This document shows, piece by piece, positions 24,746 to 37,854 of a stretch of DNA of 64,000 nucleotides (positions are counted from its first letter, which is position 1; every line of letters begins with the position of its first letter). The position numbers were made by a program, and so were the translations under genes. This stretch comes from Okamejei kenojei (taxonomy: Eukaryota). A model generated the notes under the pieces. That model was not told where the DNA came from. It searched no databases and worked only from the letters and a program-made list of their open reading frames with translations. The stretch covers positions 64,232,001 through 64,296,000 of the forward strand of contig CM069132.1 in NCBI GenBank assembly GCA_035221665.1, in the 5' to 3' direction.

Positions 24746-25827
24746 AGTGCATAAACTGTAAATTATGACTTCCTTAGTTGCACGTAGAAAGTGTTGTCTA
24801 TGTGTATTGTTTACAGGTCTGTTATGCTGCGTCAATGTTGCCGATTAACATGATTATTTTACCTTTCATAAATGTGGTCCTCTGCCTGCAATTTCCTGTA
24901 TCTTGTACAACTGCCCAGATACCAGGAATCTGAGTTGTCTTTATTATCAGCTAATGGTCTTTTTCACTTGTACTATGCAAAGTTAAATTTACATGCTGCA
25001 CTTGCAGCTTCTCTGGCTGAGGATGCTTGAAATACTGATATCTTGCTGCTGCTGTTTTCTGGTAATTTTGATGAAGTATCCAGGTTGGTAACCTGTATTT
25101 TGCCTCGATTTTTGCTCCAGCAGCATCATAAATGAAAAGAGCAAGACCATTGAAAAGTCCAAAGGCTGATGTTCTCTCCAGGGATTGAGTCTGCTGAGTT
25201 GGAGTTTTCAGGAAAGTGGTTTCAATAATTTGAAAATCATTATCATGAATCATGGCAATCCAATAGATGCTGGGAAGTAACGATCAAGTTGGGTGTTTGT
25301 CAAGCAGCGAGCTGCCACATAAAATAGATTTACGGTAATGTCTTTTCACAATAATGTGGTCTCTCTTGGTGCCTGGACTAAATCCAAGGGCAAGTCATTA
25401 TGATGGCATGCTACACAATAAACGTAGTGGGTTTGGTTAAATCCTAATATGTTTTTGCATAGGTTCTTTAAAAATAATATTTCCCAAGGCAAATAATACT
25501 TTTCATGAGGATTGAGGAGAAGGGTGATTTTCTTCCCATGGATGGTGGAAAAATACATCTTGCAGCAAAAGCATTTGATTATTTTGGTTCATTTAGTCAC
25601 CAATTGATTGGTTCTCCTGGTTATGATTCAGTGTATTTATATAGAAGCTACATCCCAAAATGTCCTTTTCACTTAACAGATGCTGCCTGACCTGCTGGGT
25701 TCCATCAAAATTGCCTTGATGGGCAATGAGGGTGATTAATATTACATTGTAGAAATACCAGATGGTCACACTACATGTTACGTAGTTAATGAAAAAGCAA
25801 TTATATACTTTAAATCATCTCAAAGGA

Positions 25828-25950
25828 CCTCTTGCTCTTCTGGGAATAGTGCCAGGGACATTTTGCCCCATTTGAGTGATGCACCTCTATCAGCAAGGCA
25901 TTGTCTTAGTGTTCAATTGAAATATTAGACTCTTTTGTGTTATCTGGACC
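25828..25950 (-). mobile_element. Ancient DeuSINE (SacSINE1/AmnSINE1-like) remnant
   Basis: CTCTTCTGGGAATAGTGCCAGGGACATTTT..GCACCTCT..CAGC resembles the reverse Deu domain as I recall it; not aligned. Confidence 0.45.
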
Positions 25951-26952
25951 TGTATACAGACTTGATGGCATAAACTGGCCAATGCAGATCTGGTGGTTTC
26001 AAATGGCGGGCAACTTAAAGATCTGTTGGTGGCAGGAGGGTTAAAGGCTAATGCGTTTCACGTTAAGTGTGGGGATGGCAAGTTTATATTGTGGGTTTAT
26101 CTTTGTGCCTATTTTGAACTGGCAGGGAAGCTGGAGTAATTTGAACCCATATTAATATTTCATCATCATCAACAAGGAGATTTTTAAATTAATAAAGGAT
26201 AACACAATTTATTTGCTGAAAAATATAATGGCTGAAAATCTTAATGACTGTCATTCTACCCATTTCTTCCTCTCTGACACCGTAATGTTGAATTGAAATT
26301 ATTGGAGGATTTCAGGGAAATGATGTAAATTAATTACTGTTTCAAAATTTATGAGTTTCTGGTTTAATCCCAATGGCATTACAAGGCTACTTTGATCTAT
26401 GTGCCGTTTGTTTCCTTGTTGTGTTAAACCTCTCCTTTTGATTCAGTCTGTGAATAGTATATTTGATACTGAAAAAAGGATTCAATAATCTGGCAAACAG
26501 GAGTAAAGGTTCCCTATTCAATCCTTCTATAATTGGTTATTGTAGAGTTAAAAATATAATCTGGTTAAGATTTTTTAACACATTTGAACATTTGGTACAT
26601 GGAACTGCAATTCTTTTAACAAGGATCTTTGCAAATTTGCATTTCCCTAAGGAAAAGTGTGAAACACATTTATTGGATGCAAGTGAAAATTGATAACTTT
26701 TTGCTGGGAGTGGAGGACATGCCCAACCTGATCTACTGGTCTTTCTGTTCTGCATTTTACCTCTCCAGCATTGTTTTGACTTCTCTCACTTTCTAGCTCC
26801 TGTTCATTAATGGACCACATAATCATATTTACAGTTTATTCCCATTGACATCCTGGTTTTACCCTATCCAACACCCCAACCCTCCCTGCAGTTTAACAAG
26901 TTTCTCTCATCTCCTTCCTCCTTTGAGGAAGGGACTTCAACGTAACTGTTTT

Positions 26953-27903
26953 GCCCCTGTCCCACTTAGGTGATTTTTTTTTTAGGTGACTACAGGCGAC
27001 TAGGCTGTCGCCACATGGTTCGCCGGGGTGACTGTTTGGTTTGGAACCTGCATGGTTTCCTCAGTCGTCCAAAGAGTTGTACCTTTTTTCTGGATGCCAC
27101 TGGATTTTGAAATGTTCAAAACTTTATGTCGACAGTCGCCGCCCGTGGGCTTGACGCCAGCGATCGTAGCCTGACTTAGAACCGTCGGCAGGTTGACGTA
27201 GGTTGTCGCCGGTGCGGACTTTGGTGAATTCCATTGGCGACTACCTATATCAACCGGCGACAGGTACCGGTGACTGAATTGTCTTACCTTGTCGTAGCTT
27301 GTCGCGGGTAGATGTAGGTTGTCATAGGTGTGGACGTCCTATGGGTCGCCGGGTGTCGGTAGCTTGCTGTAGCTTGACGTCGACTAGGAGATAGGTTGTT
27401 GTGGGCATTGTTGTAGGGGGGGTTGTCACCTTGCCGTGGTGAAGAGGCTTGTGTGGTCCTGAGATCCTGAGAGCGATGCCGTCTGGAGCTTTGCTCCTGG
27501 TAGGGTCACCCATGGCGGTAAGGGTCGAGGGGGAGTTCTCTGACAAAGAGCAATCCAGCCAAGACCTCAATGGTGGAACAGGCGGAGGATGATGGCTGAC
27601 TTTAGTGGAGTGTCACACCGGACTGGGGAGGTGGATGAAGGCTGCAGTAGAAAAGGGTCTCCGGTTGTCTTGGACTCCATGCCACTGGATGCTGACCCAG
27701 ATCTGTCAAGGACCGTGTGGTGGGTGTCTGTGCACCAGTCTTCCCACGTTAAACAAAGTCATGCACAGGCATTCTCCATGAGAGGACAGTCATACTCGGT
27801 TCGAGTGACCGTCGATGATGAGTGGAGTCCAGTCGCCGGTTTTTAGGGAACCTGCTATGACTATGACAGTCGCCAAAAAAATCGCGTTAAGTGGGATAGG
27901 CCC
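26953..27903. mobile_element. PIF/Harbinger-type MITE with nested insertion
   Basis: TIRs GCCCCTGTCCCACTTAGGTGATTTTTT and AAAAAATCGCGTTAAGTGGGATAGGCCC; many internal GTCG motifs. Confidence 0.75.
27420..27821 (+). mobile_element. Short non-autonomous RTE-derived element (5' UTR plus 3' tail)
   Basis: 5' end GTCACCTTGCCGTGGTGAAGAGGCTTG..GGTAGGGTCACCCA..GACAAAGAGCAATCC resembles BovB/Expander(Rex3) 5' ends; 3' stem-loop at 27789-27809 and GATGATGA tail. Confidence 0.7.
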
Positions 27904-29214
27904 ATTTCTCTTCTTGCCCAGTCCAATCTGAATATTTCCAGCATTTTCTGTTTTATTATTACTGGATACAAATGTGGAAACACCAACACAAAACCGAATT
28001 CCAAATATTAGGATTGCTGGTATAAATGAAGTGGAAAAACAAGAGGAAGGAAGGCAGCAGCTGGTTTTCTATGCCTTAATGGACAAAAGAGATAGCACAC
28101 TAATTTATAGGTTGGCCACCTCTGGTGAATTTCAGCACTAAATGAAGATCATTAAACTCTGGTGAAGCAGCTAAATGAAGATCATTAAACCAGGGCCCTA
28201 CCCTGAAGAATGCTTGCAGCAACATTTTAAAATTGAGCTTGCAAGTGTACGTCAGTTTGGCAGCTATCTCTTTTTCATGACACAAGCTGTAGATGCTGGA
28301 ATCTTTAACAAAAAACAAATCACTGGGGGAACTCTAAGAGATAAGGATGGATGATGGAAATGAACAGGGTGACTGGATAGGTGGGAGAAATGGGTGTGCA
28401 TCAGGATGGACGGGATGCACTGAAAAGAGAGGGAGTAGTAGGCTATTATTTGAAATTGGATAATTCAGTGTTTATACTGTCTGTTGTAAACTATCCAAGT
28501 GGAATAGGTAGTGCTGTTCTTGCAGTTTGCGTGTTGCAGCTTCACACTGATTTCATTTTTTAGGTACACTTGCAGCAGCTGAAGTTGCCTATAAACTCAT
28601 TGGTCCTCTGGCTTATTAACTGTGGCAGAGAGAAGGCATACAAATACAGGTCCTTATAGATTGTAGAGGAATATTCTGGTGCTGATGTTTTACACTACCT
28701 CTTGGATGTCCAGTTTTTCACCTATTTGGTGTGTTCTCAATTTAGCAGGTGTGTAGTTTGTCAGAATGGAGAAGGATCTTCCATATCATAAAAACTGAGA
28801 TAGTTATTCAGCCAATCCGGTCAGTGACCGAGACCCGAGACATCTGTGGCAGATAATTTAATGAAGTTGTTGAATAGGCTTTTGATATTGTGTTAGTTCT
28901 TTCACTGTCTGCCACAAAGTGACAGTCGGACTTTCAGATTTGGCCAGTTCACTCAGTGGTGGTGCCATTGATGGATGTTGAAGTGACTTGTCCACATGTC
29001 CATGTGGAGTCCATTCTGCACACTTGCTTTATGCTCCTTCCAAGTGGTACTTAAGGTAGAGTACTATCTGTGAAAAGTTGTAACCAGGTGGGTTTTTTCT
29101 GGTCCGGATGGCATGAAACCTTATGAGGTCCAGAGTGCCTAGAATTTTCTGAAGGCTATTGTCTCCCACCTGCCTACCATTTATTTATGCTCCTAGGAAC
29201 CATTTGGTCCAGGG

Positions 29215-30285
29215 ATCATAATGTCATACGGGAAAGGAGTAGAATTGGGTCATTCGGCTCCTCAAGTCTACGCCATTCAATCATGGCTGATCCGTCTCTC
29301 CCTCCTAACCTCATTCTCCTGCCTTCTCCCCATAACCTCTGACACCTGCACTAATGAAGAATCTATCTCTGCCTTAAAAATATCCACTGACTTAGCCTCT
29401 ATAACCTTCTGTGGCAATAAATTCCACAAATTCACAACCCTCTGACTACAGAAATTTATCCCCATCTCCTTCCTAGAAGAACATCTTGTAATAGCACCCA
29501 AGTCCCTTTCATCTCCGATTTCTGGATTCTCACCCCATTTCAAAATAGTCTACACCTTTATTCTACTACCAAAATGCAAGACACCGCACTTTGCTGCACT
29601 ATATTCCATCTGCCTCTTCTCTGCCCGCTCTCCCAACTTATCCAAGTCCTTCTGTAGAGTCCCTGCTTTATCTACACTACCTGCCACTCCATCTATTTTC
29701 GTATCATCCGCAAACTTTGCCACAAAGCCTTCGATCCCCTCGTCCAAATCATTAATATACAACATGAAGAGTAACGGCTCCAGCACTGACCCTTGCGGAA
29801 CTCCACTAGTCACTGGCAGCCAACCAGAGAAAGCCCCCTTTATTGCCACTCTTTGTCTTCTGCCATCCAGCCAACCTGCTGTCCATACCATTATCTGCTT
29901 TTTGATACCATGGGCTCTCATCTTCCTTCGCAGCCTAACGTATGGCATCTTATCAAAGGCTTTTGGGAAATCCAAGTAAAACAACATCCACTGACTCTCC
30001 TTTGTCTGTCCTGCTATTTACTTCTTCAAAGAATTCCAGCAAATTTGTCAAGTAAGATCTCCCCTTCACAAAGCCATACTGACTTTGGCCTATTTTATCA
30101 TGAACCTCTGTACTCTGTAACCTCATCCTTTATAATGAATCTAAAATCTTACCAACTGCCGAAGTCAGCAGCCACCTATTGTTCCCACTATTCTGCCTTG
30201 CTACCTTCTTGTGCAGTGCGGTAATATATGCAATTTTCCAATCATCTGGGACTAATCCATGACTGTAGTGATTCTTGAAATATCA
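29215..30285 (-). mobile_element. CR1 RT fragment and 3' end, internally deleted
   Basis: [28 protein letters not shown]; an upstream CR1 piece continues at 30793-30905. Confidence 0.9.
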
Positions 30286-30792
30286 CGTGGATATTCCCGT
30301 GGAGACTGGCCCGGAGCTTCAAGCCGCGGGTGTGGTGCGGACATACCATCGCAGAGCTTTGGTTTTTTTGCTGAGGATCGCCAGTGTTGGAGCTCCGACC
30401 GCGGGTCCTGTGGCCTTTAACTCCGTGAAGCAGCGGTATCCGGTAAGAACTGGCCAACTCGGGAGCTCCATGCCGCAGAGTGTTCTGATCCGTCCCGACG
30501 CCGGAGTATCGATCATCCCGACGAGAGGGCCTTGAACAGGGACTGTCGGCAACGGCCCCGTTCAAAGACCCCGACCACTGGCGAACAAAGGAGGAAGTGA
30601 ACTGAACTTTATTGTCTTCCATCACAGTGAGGAATGTGGATTCCATTGTGGTGGATGTTTATGTTAAACTTTATTTTATGTGCTGTGTGTATTTTTGCTT
30701 TTTACTTAGTATGGCTGTATGGTAATTCAAATTTCACTGTACCTTAATTGGTACATGTGACAATTAAATGGAATCTTGAATCTTGATCTTGA
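30286..30792 (+). mobile_element. Non-autonomous CpG-rich retroelement with (TCTTGA)n tail, inserted in CR1
   Basis: Shares TGAACTTTATT..CTTCCATCACAGTGAGGAA..GTGGATGTT module with 14560-15367 and 39693-40338; different 3' tail. Confidence 0.65.
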
Positions 30793-30904
30793 ATGAAAAG
30801 ATCCTGCATCTTATTCCCAGAATATCCTGTCATTGCTTTTCCACCATCATCCCTGCTTGGATCCCTTTCCAGTCAACTTTGGCCAGCTCCTCCCTCATGC
30901 CTCA

Positions 30905-31240
30905 GCAGGAAAATGTTCCAGATATTGGGGGAGTCCAGAACCAGCGGTCACTGTTTAAGAATAAGGAGTAGGCCATTTACGACTGAGATGAGGAAAAGCT
31001 TCTTCACCCAGAGAGTTGTGAATCTGTGGAATTCTCTGCCACAGAAGACAGTGGAGGCCAATTCACTGGATGTTTTCAACAGAGAATTAGATTTAGCTCT
31101 TAGGGCTAAAGGAAACAAGGTATATGGGGGGAAAAAGCAGGAACGGGGTACTGATTTTAGATGATCAGCCACGATCCTATTGAATGGCAGTGCTGGCTCG
31201 AAGGGCCAAATGGCCTACTCCTGCACCTATTTCTCTATGT
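30905..31240 (+). mobile_element. CR1 3' end
   Basis: RKSFFTQRVVNLWNSLPQ and 3' UTR hairpin GGCTCGAAGGGCC. Confidence 0.88.
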
Positions 31241-31829
31241 ATGAGCCACTGAGCGTAAAGGGAGCCTCTATGCCTCTGGGATATAGATGGAGAATGGAAT
31301 GATGGCTGCACATTCTACAAATATGGCAATATTGTGGGTTTTTTTTAAAGTTGGTGATGACTGTCCTAAATGTAACCTAAGCCATGTGATGATCAGGAGA
31401 AGGATTCTATTACAAATGACTTGATTGTGTGCACATTTGTGTGCCCAGTAGCTAGGTTTAAGATGTGTAGTCTACCTAGTATTGTTACTTTTAGTAAAGC
31501 CTTGATGCAACTTGAGTTGTTGCTAGGTCATTTCAAAGGGCTGATGGAGTAATCCATTATCTCAAGAAACTCCTGGTCATCAGGCCAGCTGGATAAAGAT
31601 AGCTTTTCCTGAATGGACCTGAATGAATAAGATTACAAGATTACTAACTATCACCATTGAAGGCAGAACTTGAGCTGCTATGCACACACTTATATGCACA
31701 CACATATCTAGTATACCGATTACTTGCTTCTCTTCTAGAAGGTCAATACTTTGTTTTACATCCAAGCTCTCAGTCAGCATAAATATTTAACTTGAGGCGT
31801 ATACCTTTTCCCCCCCCCCCCTGTTAAGA

Positions 31830-32143
31830 GGGGCGTCACAGTGGTGCAATGGTAGAGTTGCTGCCTTACTGCACCAGAGACCTGGGTTCGATCCTGACTA
31901 TGGGTGCTTGTCTGTACGGAGTTTGTTACTTCTCCCTTTGATCTGAAAGTGTTTTTCCCAGGATCTCTGGCTTCCTCCCACACTCCAAAGACATATGGGT
32001 TTGTAGGTTAATTGCTTTGGTAAAATTGTAAGTTGCCCCCAGTTTGTCTATAGGATAGTGTTAATGTGCAGTGATCGCTGGTCGGCACAGACTCGTTGGG
32101 CCGCGGGGGCTTGTTTCCGCGCTGTATTGCTAAACTAAACTAA
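31830..32143 (+). mobile_element. Full-length tRNA-derived V-SINE/HE1-like SINE
   Basis: A box TGGTGCAATGG 31842-31852, B box GGTTCGATCC 31885-31894, central GGCTTCCTCCCACACTCCAAAGAC domain, (TAAAC)n tail. Confidence 0.88.
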
Positions 32144-34227
32144 GAGTGTCTGGAAGCATATTGTAAATCCTAGTTGTGCTATTGCTCCTTTGAAATTATG
32201 GATTGTTGTTATTTTTGACCATTTATTTTTAATTTCCAATTGGTTTTAAAATGTGTAATGCTGATTGTTGCTAGCTAATTGACTATTTTCTTCTGTTAAT
32301 TAATTTAAAATGCAATACTTCAAATTTTTGATTTCTGCCTCATTGCCCAATATGGAGTAATTCAATGGAGAGTTCATTGTGCATTGCTGGAAATAGTTTT
32401 GCTTGGATTGTTTGTCATGAATACAATTTAAAAGGAGGCACCGGCATTTATTGCCAATCCCAATTTTTTCTTCAGCTGGTAATAACCCAATACCTTGAAT
32501 TATTGCTGTTTTTCTCTCACAGTGGCATAGGGTAAGTAACTCAAAGATATAGACCAAACAGCTAAGAGGAAATGACAATATATTTCAATGTCAACGTGTG
32601 ACTTGGAGGGAGCCTTGCAGCTGATGACATTGCCAGGTGCATGTTGATGTTGTCGTCCTTGATGGTGCAGGTAAAAGCTTTGGGAAATGATGCCATAAAA
32701 TTGTATGACTGTAGGTTTGGTAAGTCGATCCATTTTTGTGAATGGTGAATATGAAATGAATGTGGTCTTGTGAGTTTTGTCAGAGATTTTATTCTCTCTG
32801 CTCCTTAGCCCTTGACAACTGTAAATCAGAAGGAAAGTTTATTTACTACTTATTTTTTACTTAATTTCCTAGCATTTACATTTCCCACCATCCCCAAATG
32901 TAATACTACAATTATAACATAATTAGCTATTGATTAAAAGTTTCCATAAGATTGTATTACTATTTTCAATTGGAAGCACAGTTCTAAGTAATTTCTAATT
33001 TTATTGAATTATATACACTACAGATATTAGCATTAACCCATAAATGAAGGTACATTTATTTCTGCTGAACTTGGATCTGGGTCTTGAATTGTTGGCAACA
33101 TTTGTGACGGCCTCTCTTTCTGACATAATCCATTTGAATTATGGCTCACTAAAAGCTATAAATGTAGAAAGTGTTTTACAGGTCTTCAGTAATAGTTCAT
33201 GAATAAGGTTAAAGGTAATTTTTTAGTAATAGCCCTTTGCTTCCCCCTTTGTATTTATATCTGAACTTTTGCTAAGTATTGAAAAGGTGGTTCGCTACTG
33301 ATCGGAAGAGGTGCATTTTCTCTATTATGAAATCCGGTAAGTAGCTACTTACCAAACCCCAGGATGTTTACTTTCCATAACTTTTTTGAACAATTACATA
33401 TTTATAATGTGCGAGGTCTCTGATATAATGGTTCACTCATAAATATTGCATGGCAGCTCACTGCCCAATCCATTGAATTACACACATCCTGTTGTTTTAA
33501 GTCGCCGTTTAATGGAAAACAACACCTCATTAATCTAGTATGCTTGGGACTTCCATGTTGCTGGGCTTGCAGATGTTACAGACTAGGGGATATTAAATGT
33601 TACATTGTACAGTATATAATAATATTTTTCTCATGAACCTGGTGAGTTTTAAAGGGGAGCTGGGGCCCTGGTGAATTGAAAGTGTGGGAGTCAGTGTCAG
33701 ATGCCGAACCATGGGGATTTCCAAAGATTTGGAGAGCAGCTATATTTGGCTTTGTGACTGAGGAAATCTGCAGTCAGTGTGAACAAACCTAGCTTGTGAG
33801 GAGCAACACCACTGCTAAGATGTTTTTATCCACCTTTTCTACATTTCAAGATATCCAATAACACACCATGTTAAAATGCTCTAGGATATCATGTTTCTCT
33901 CCCTGACCATGGTACTTTCCATGTCTTCCCGTGTTAGTTCAAAGAAGTACTTCCTGTCTGTATTATCACCTACTCCCTGTGTTCCACACATTAATCATCG
34001 CACTAATCCTAAAGTGTCCCACTCTGCCATGCATCCTTTAACAGTCAATACATGTCAAAGACCTTTCAGGATTTTCTATTTTCTACATTTTTTCCCAGAG
34101 ATGTTTACTTTTCTGATTTTGCCTTCCTAATTTCCTCAAGTGTACTACATTATTTGCACTCAAGGATTTACTTGTTCCCAGCTGCCCGTAAGTGATATAC
34201 CTTTTTTTCCCACTGACCAGACCCTTA

Positions 34228-34758
34228 AGGGCCTGTCACACTTTGGCGCCCTGATCCGCGAGTTCTAGCGAGTTTGTCCTTGACTCGTACTCACAGCATA
34301 GTCGACACAAGGTCGTAGGAGGTCTTCGTAACTCTCCTTCCTGCTCGAGAGTGGTCTCCGCATACTAGAGGCCTCAGCTAGGTCGCGGTGTTTTTCCAAT
34401 ATCTTAAATAATGCCCGCGAGTAAAAAAAGGTCACCATGGAAAAAATCTATACTTTTTTTACTCATAGGTTTAGTTGTAGTAGGTCGTCATGTTAGTCGT
34501 AGGTGATCGTGGGTAGTCGTAGGTAGTCGTAGATAGTCCTCATCATAGTTGAAGGGAGGTCGAAGGAGATCGACGGAGGTCGTCTTCACTCTCCAAAATT
34601 CGGTGTCCAATTTTCCTGAAGTTAGTCGTAGCTAATCATAGCTAGTCGAAGCTGGCCTTTAATATAGTCGAAGGAGGTCTTCTGCATGTCTTCAACATGT
34701 CATTTTTTTCAAACTCTTCTAAACTCGCCAATTAGGTCACCCAAGTGGGACAGCCCCT
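34228..34758. mobile_element. PIF/Harbinger-type MITE, intact
   Basis: TIRs AGGGCCTGTCACACTT and AAGTGGGACAGCCCCT; TTA TSD at 34225-34227 and 34759-34761; arrays of TAGTCGTAG and GTCGAAGGAG. Confidence 0.85.
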
Positions 34759-37700
34759 TTAATATCCCCTTTCAGGCCACAGTTACATGGTAACATGCTG
34801 GGTTTTTTCAGTGGGGGGGGGGGGGGGGGGGTGGGGGAGCAGGGTGTGAAATTAATTGTTCTTTTGATTCAATTCTGTGGACAATGGAAGGTAGGCATCA
34901 AGTGACAGATCACTTGGTCAGCTGCAAGGTTAGAAGTTGCATGTGTTCAAGTTGAGGAGCATTTGTTGCTTTTTTGGTTGTGAATTCTCGCTGCTGTGCA
35001 AATTTGGGAAAAGCAAAAATGAACATTTCTGGACCTTTTGTATCTGTTGGGAGAGGGAAGTGGGGGGTTGATAAAATGGGAGCTCTGCTGTCTGCATTCC
35101 TCATGCAGTTTGTTTCTGAAGTCAACGGTTCAAACGGTCCTGCAAGTTATGTTATAACTTTATCAAAATTCCATCTTTTCCTTTTACACCATTTTCATGT
35201 TGTAAGTGTACTTTCTGTAACAGCTCTGTGCAAAAGCTATTAGTTTTTTTACAGCAGCTAAGTGCAACCTGTTAGTGTTAACCTGTTAGGTTAACCACAA
35301 GCCTATCTGCGTAATCTGTCTTGTAGTACTGCAGATATGCAAGTCGTTAAAATGATGTTAATGTTGGAGTTTTTGTCTTTTCTTCAGCATGGAACATCTG
35401 TTTGCTTTTCACGTTAGGGCATTTAGGTGATAGTTGTTTACTTGTTAAAAAAACTGAGAATTTGCATTCATTCAATTGGCATGACACTTTTTTGGTGTGA
35501 GTACAGGCAATAAATTATCTTTTGTACTTGTCTGTACTCTGAAAGAATGTTACATTTGTAAATATGGCACAATATTAAAGCTTCAGTTTAGCAGTGTGTA
35601 CACTGAACAAAGGAAAGAATCTTGTAATAAAACAATCATTCATATCCGTTGTCATGATTATGGCGTAACATCAACAATAAATTAAAGGTATTTATAGAAG
35701 CAGTATTTCTAAAGCTTTGCTTGTGTTTCCTAAAATGATTCATTAGATTCTTAGGAGAATGGGGAACCTTGTGTTGATAACATTTATTTAATAAATTAAT
35801 TTCACATTTTCTTTATCTGCTGGGTGTATGCGTACACTGCTTAAGTTGTCTTAAAAAGATTTATTTTTTTTACAAGATACACATTTAGATAATTTGGAGG
35901 GTCAGTTAAAAACATTCTAGCCATTCCTGTGGAATATAATGCTATAACATCAAGCTAAGGTTAAATTGAGGTTTTTAATTGCCTATCAGAATGTCAAACG
36001 TGGGGTATGCAGGAAATATCCTTCTAGCTTGGATATGAACACCTGTTTAAACTGGTGGAAATAATTTGAGAGTATATTTGGTGAATATCAGGTTTGTAAA
36101 GCTTAGTTGGACAACACTAGTAGTATAATTGAAAGAAGTAAGGAAATTAACTGAAAGGTACACATCTGAAACCAAACATAATTTATCATTTTTTTTCATT
36201 ACACCGTGTCTACACTTTGCAATTCATTTGTATAAGCATGTTGTTTAGCAAGTATACAAGTTACCTTGGTTTATACTGCGGTTGTGAAAGTAGTCATTAG
36301 ATGATATGCACATATTTTATGCTCAGTTTGGTAAAAGCTAATGTTGCTTGGGAAAAGGATCCTGACCTGAAACATCACTTATCCATGCCCTCAAGAGATG
36401 CAGCCTGACCTGCAGAGTTACTTCAACATTTTGTGTGTTGCTTGAAAGAATTATAACAGACGATAGATTTGTAAAAGCATATGTGTATTTTTACTATACT
36501 GGGTACAAAAAAGTGTGACATCATACATAAAACTGAAGTTCACAAATACATTATTTGAACATAATTCTGATTAATCAAAGACCCTCACAGCGGCAGTACA
36601 TGACAGGGAGCGATAGTTCATGAAGTTTGAGAAAATTTGAATAATGAACAAAATTCCTTGTGTTCCTATGTTTTTTATGCGTTCCTATGTGGGTTTTTTA
36701 CACTTTATGTTTGGTGTCCACCATAACTGTTGCATGAAATTTTTTGTTTGTAAAGCATGATAGCTGATTTCTTCATATTTGCTGTTTTTCAACATACAAA
36801 TGTACTTTTTTGCTATAATAGATAATAGGTGCAGAAGTAGGCCATTCGGACCTTCGAGCCTGCACCACCATTCAATGTGATCATGGCTGATCATCCCAAT
36901 CAGTATCCTGTTCCTGCCTTCTCCCCATATTGAATCCATAAACATGGAGTATGTGACCAAACGAGCAAAATTCCTGTTATCTACTGAAACGTGTGTTACA
37001 CGCGTTACACAGTGTCCAAGGATGGACACCAAAATGAAAGTAGCTTCTGTTTCTTCCAGTATTTCTTCTTTTTGTATTTTTTTCTCATGTTTTGAATAAG
37101 CTTTTGATGTATAATTGTTGATATATAATAAGGTACATAATTTTATGGACATATCGTTACTGCAAAATGCTGGTGTTTCACATGTACCAAATTCCTCAAA
37201 AGTTGTGCTTATTACTGTGAAACATGCATCTCAGCAAAGCAACAAACTTGAAAATGTTTTGCATTATAATGAAATTAATGCAGAAATTGCCTCTTTATTT
37301 CATTGTGTCAAAGCATGTCACACTTTTGGTGTCCTAAAAATTGATATTTTTGAGATATAAACTGGTTGAATCAGGGAATTAAAATAATTACTAACCTGAT
37401 TTTATCTCGACTATATCTTGCACATTTGAGTAACAATCCCTGAAAAAAAACACCATACTACTTGAAACTGTGGAGATATGAGATTTTTAATGTTCTGTGC
37501 TGAAATCTCTCCAGTATTGTAAAAATACACACATGATACATAGTCTGCCATTGCTCTTGGAGTTTCTCAGGATTGAGGATGATTTGTTTTTAACATAGTT
37601 GTGTGGTTTCTATCTCGTAAATAATCTTGAGGGAACCATGTGCCGAGAAGTGCAGATGAGGGCACTGAGAATTTTTAAATGGTTTATGACTGTTGTTCAC

Positions 37701-37854
37701 CAGCTACAACGTGAGCTTGAGTGAGATGTTGGTTCAGTGCCAAAGTGCTCTTAAGGCAACTAGAGACAATCTGTGGCTAAATTAACGTCTACACGTGCCC
37801 ACTTGTTCGCTTTGGTGTCTCCCTCCAACATTTTATTTCATTAAATGTCACATC

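Noticed and set aside
27420-27560. HDV-like ribozyme call
   Set aside because: I could not find the P1/P1.1/P3 nested pseudoknot or catalytic J4/2 pattern; kept only as a structured RNA.
28120-28190. 20-bp direct repeat CTAAATGAAGATCATTAAAC
   Set aside because: Simple local tandem duplication of about 35 bp, two copies only.
31830-31900. tRNA gene
   Set aside because: A and B boxes belong to a SINE head; no complete cloverleaf, and a SINE body and tail follow.
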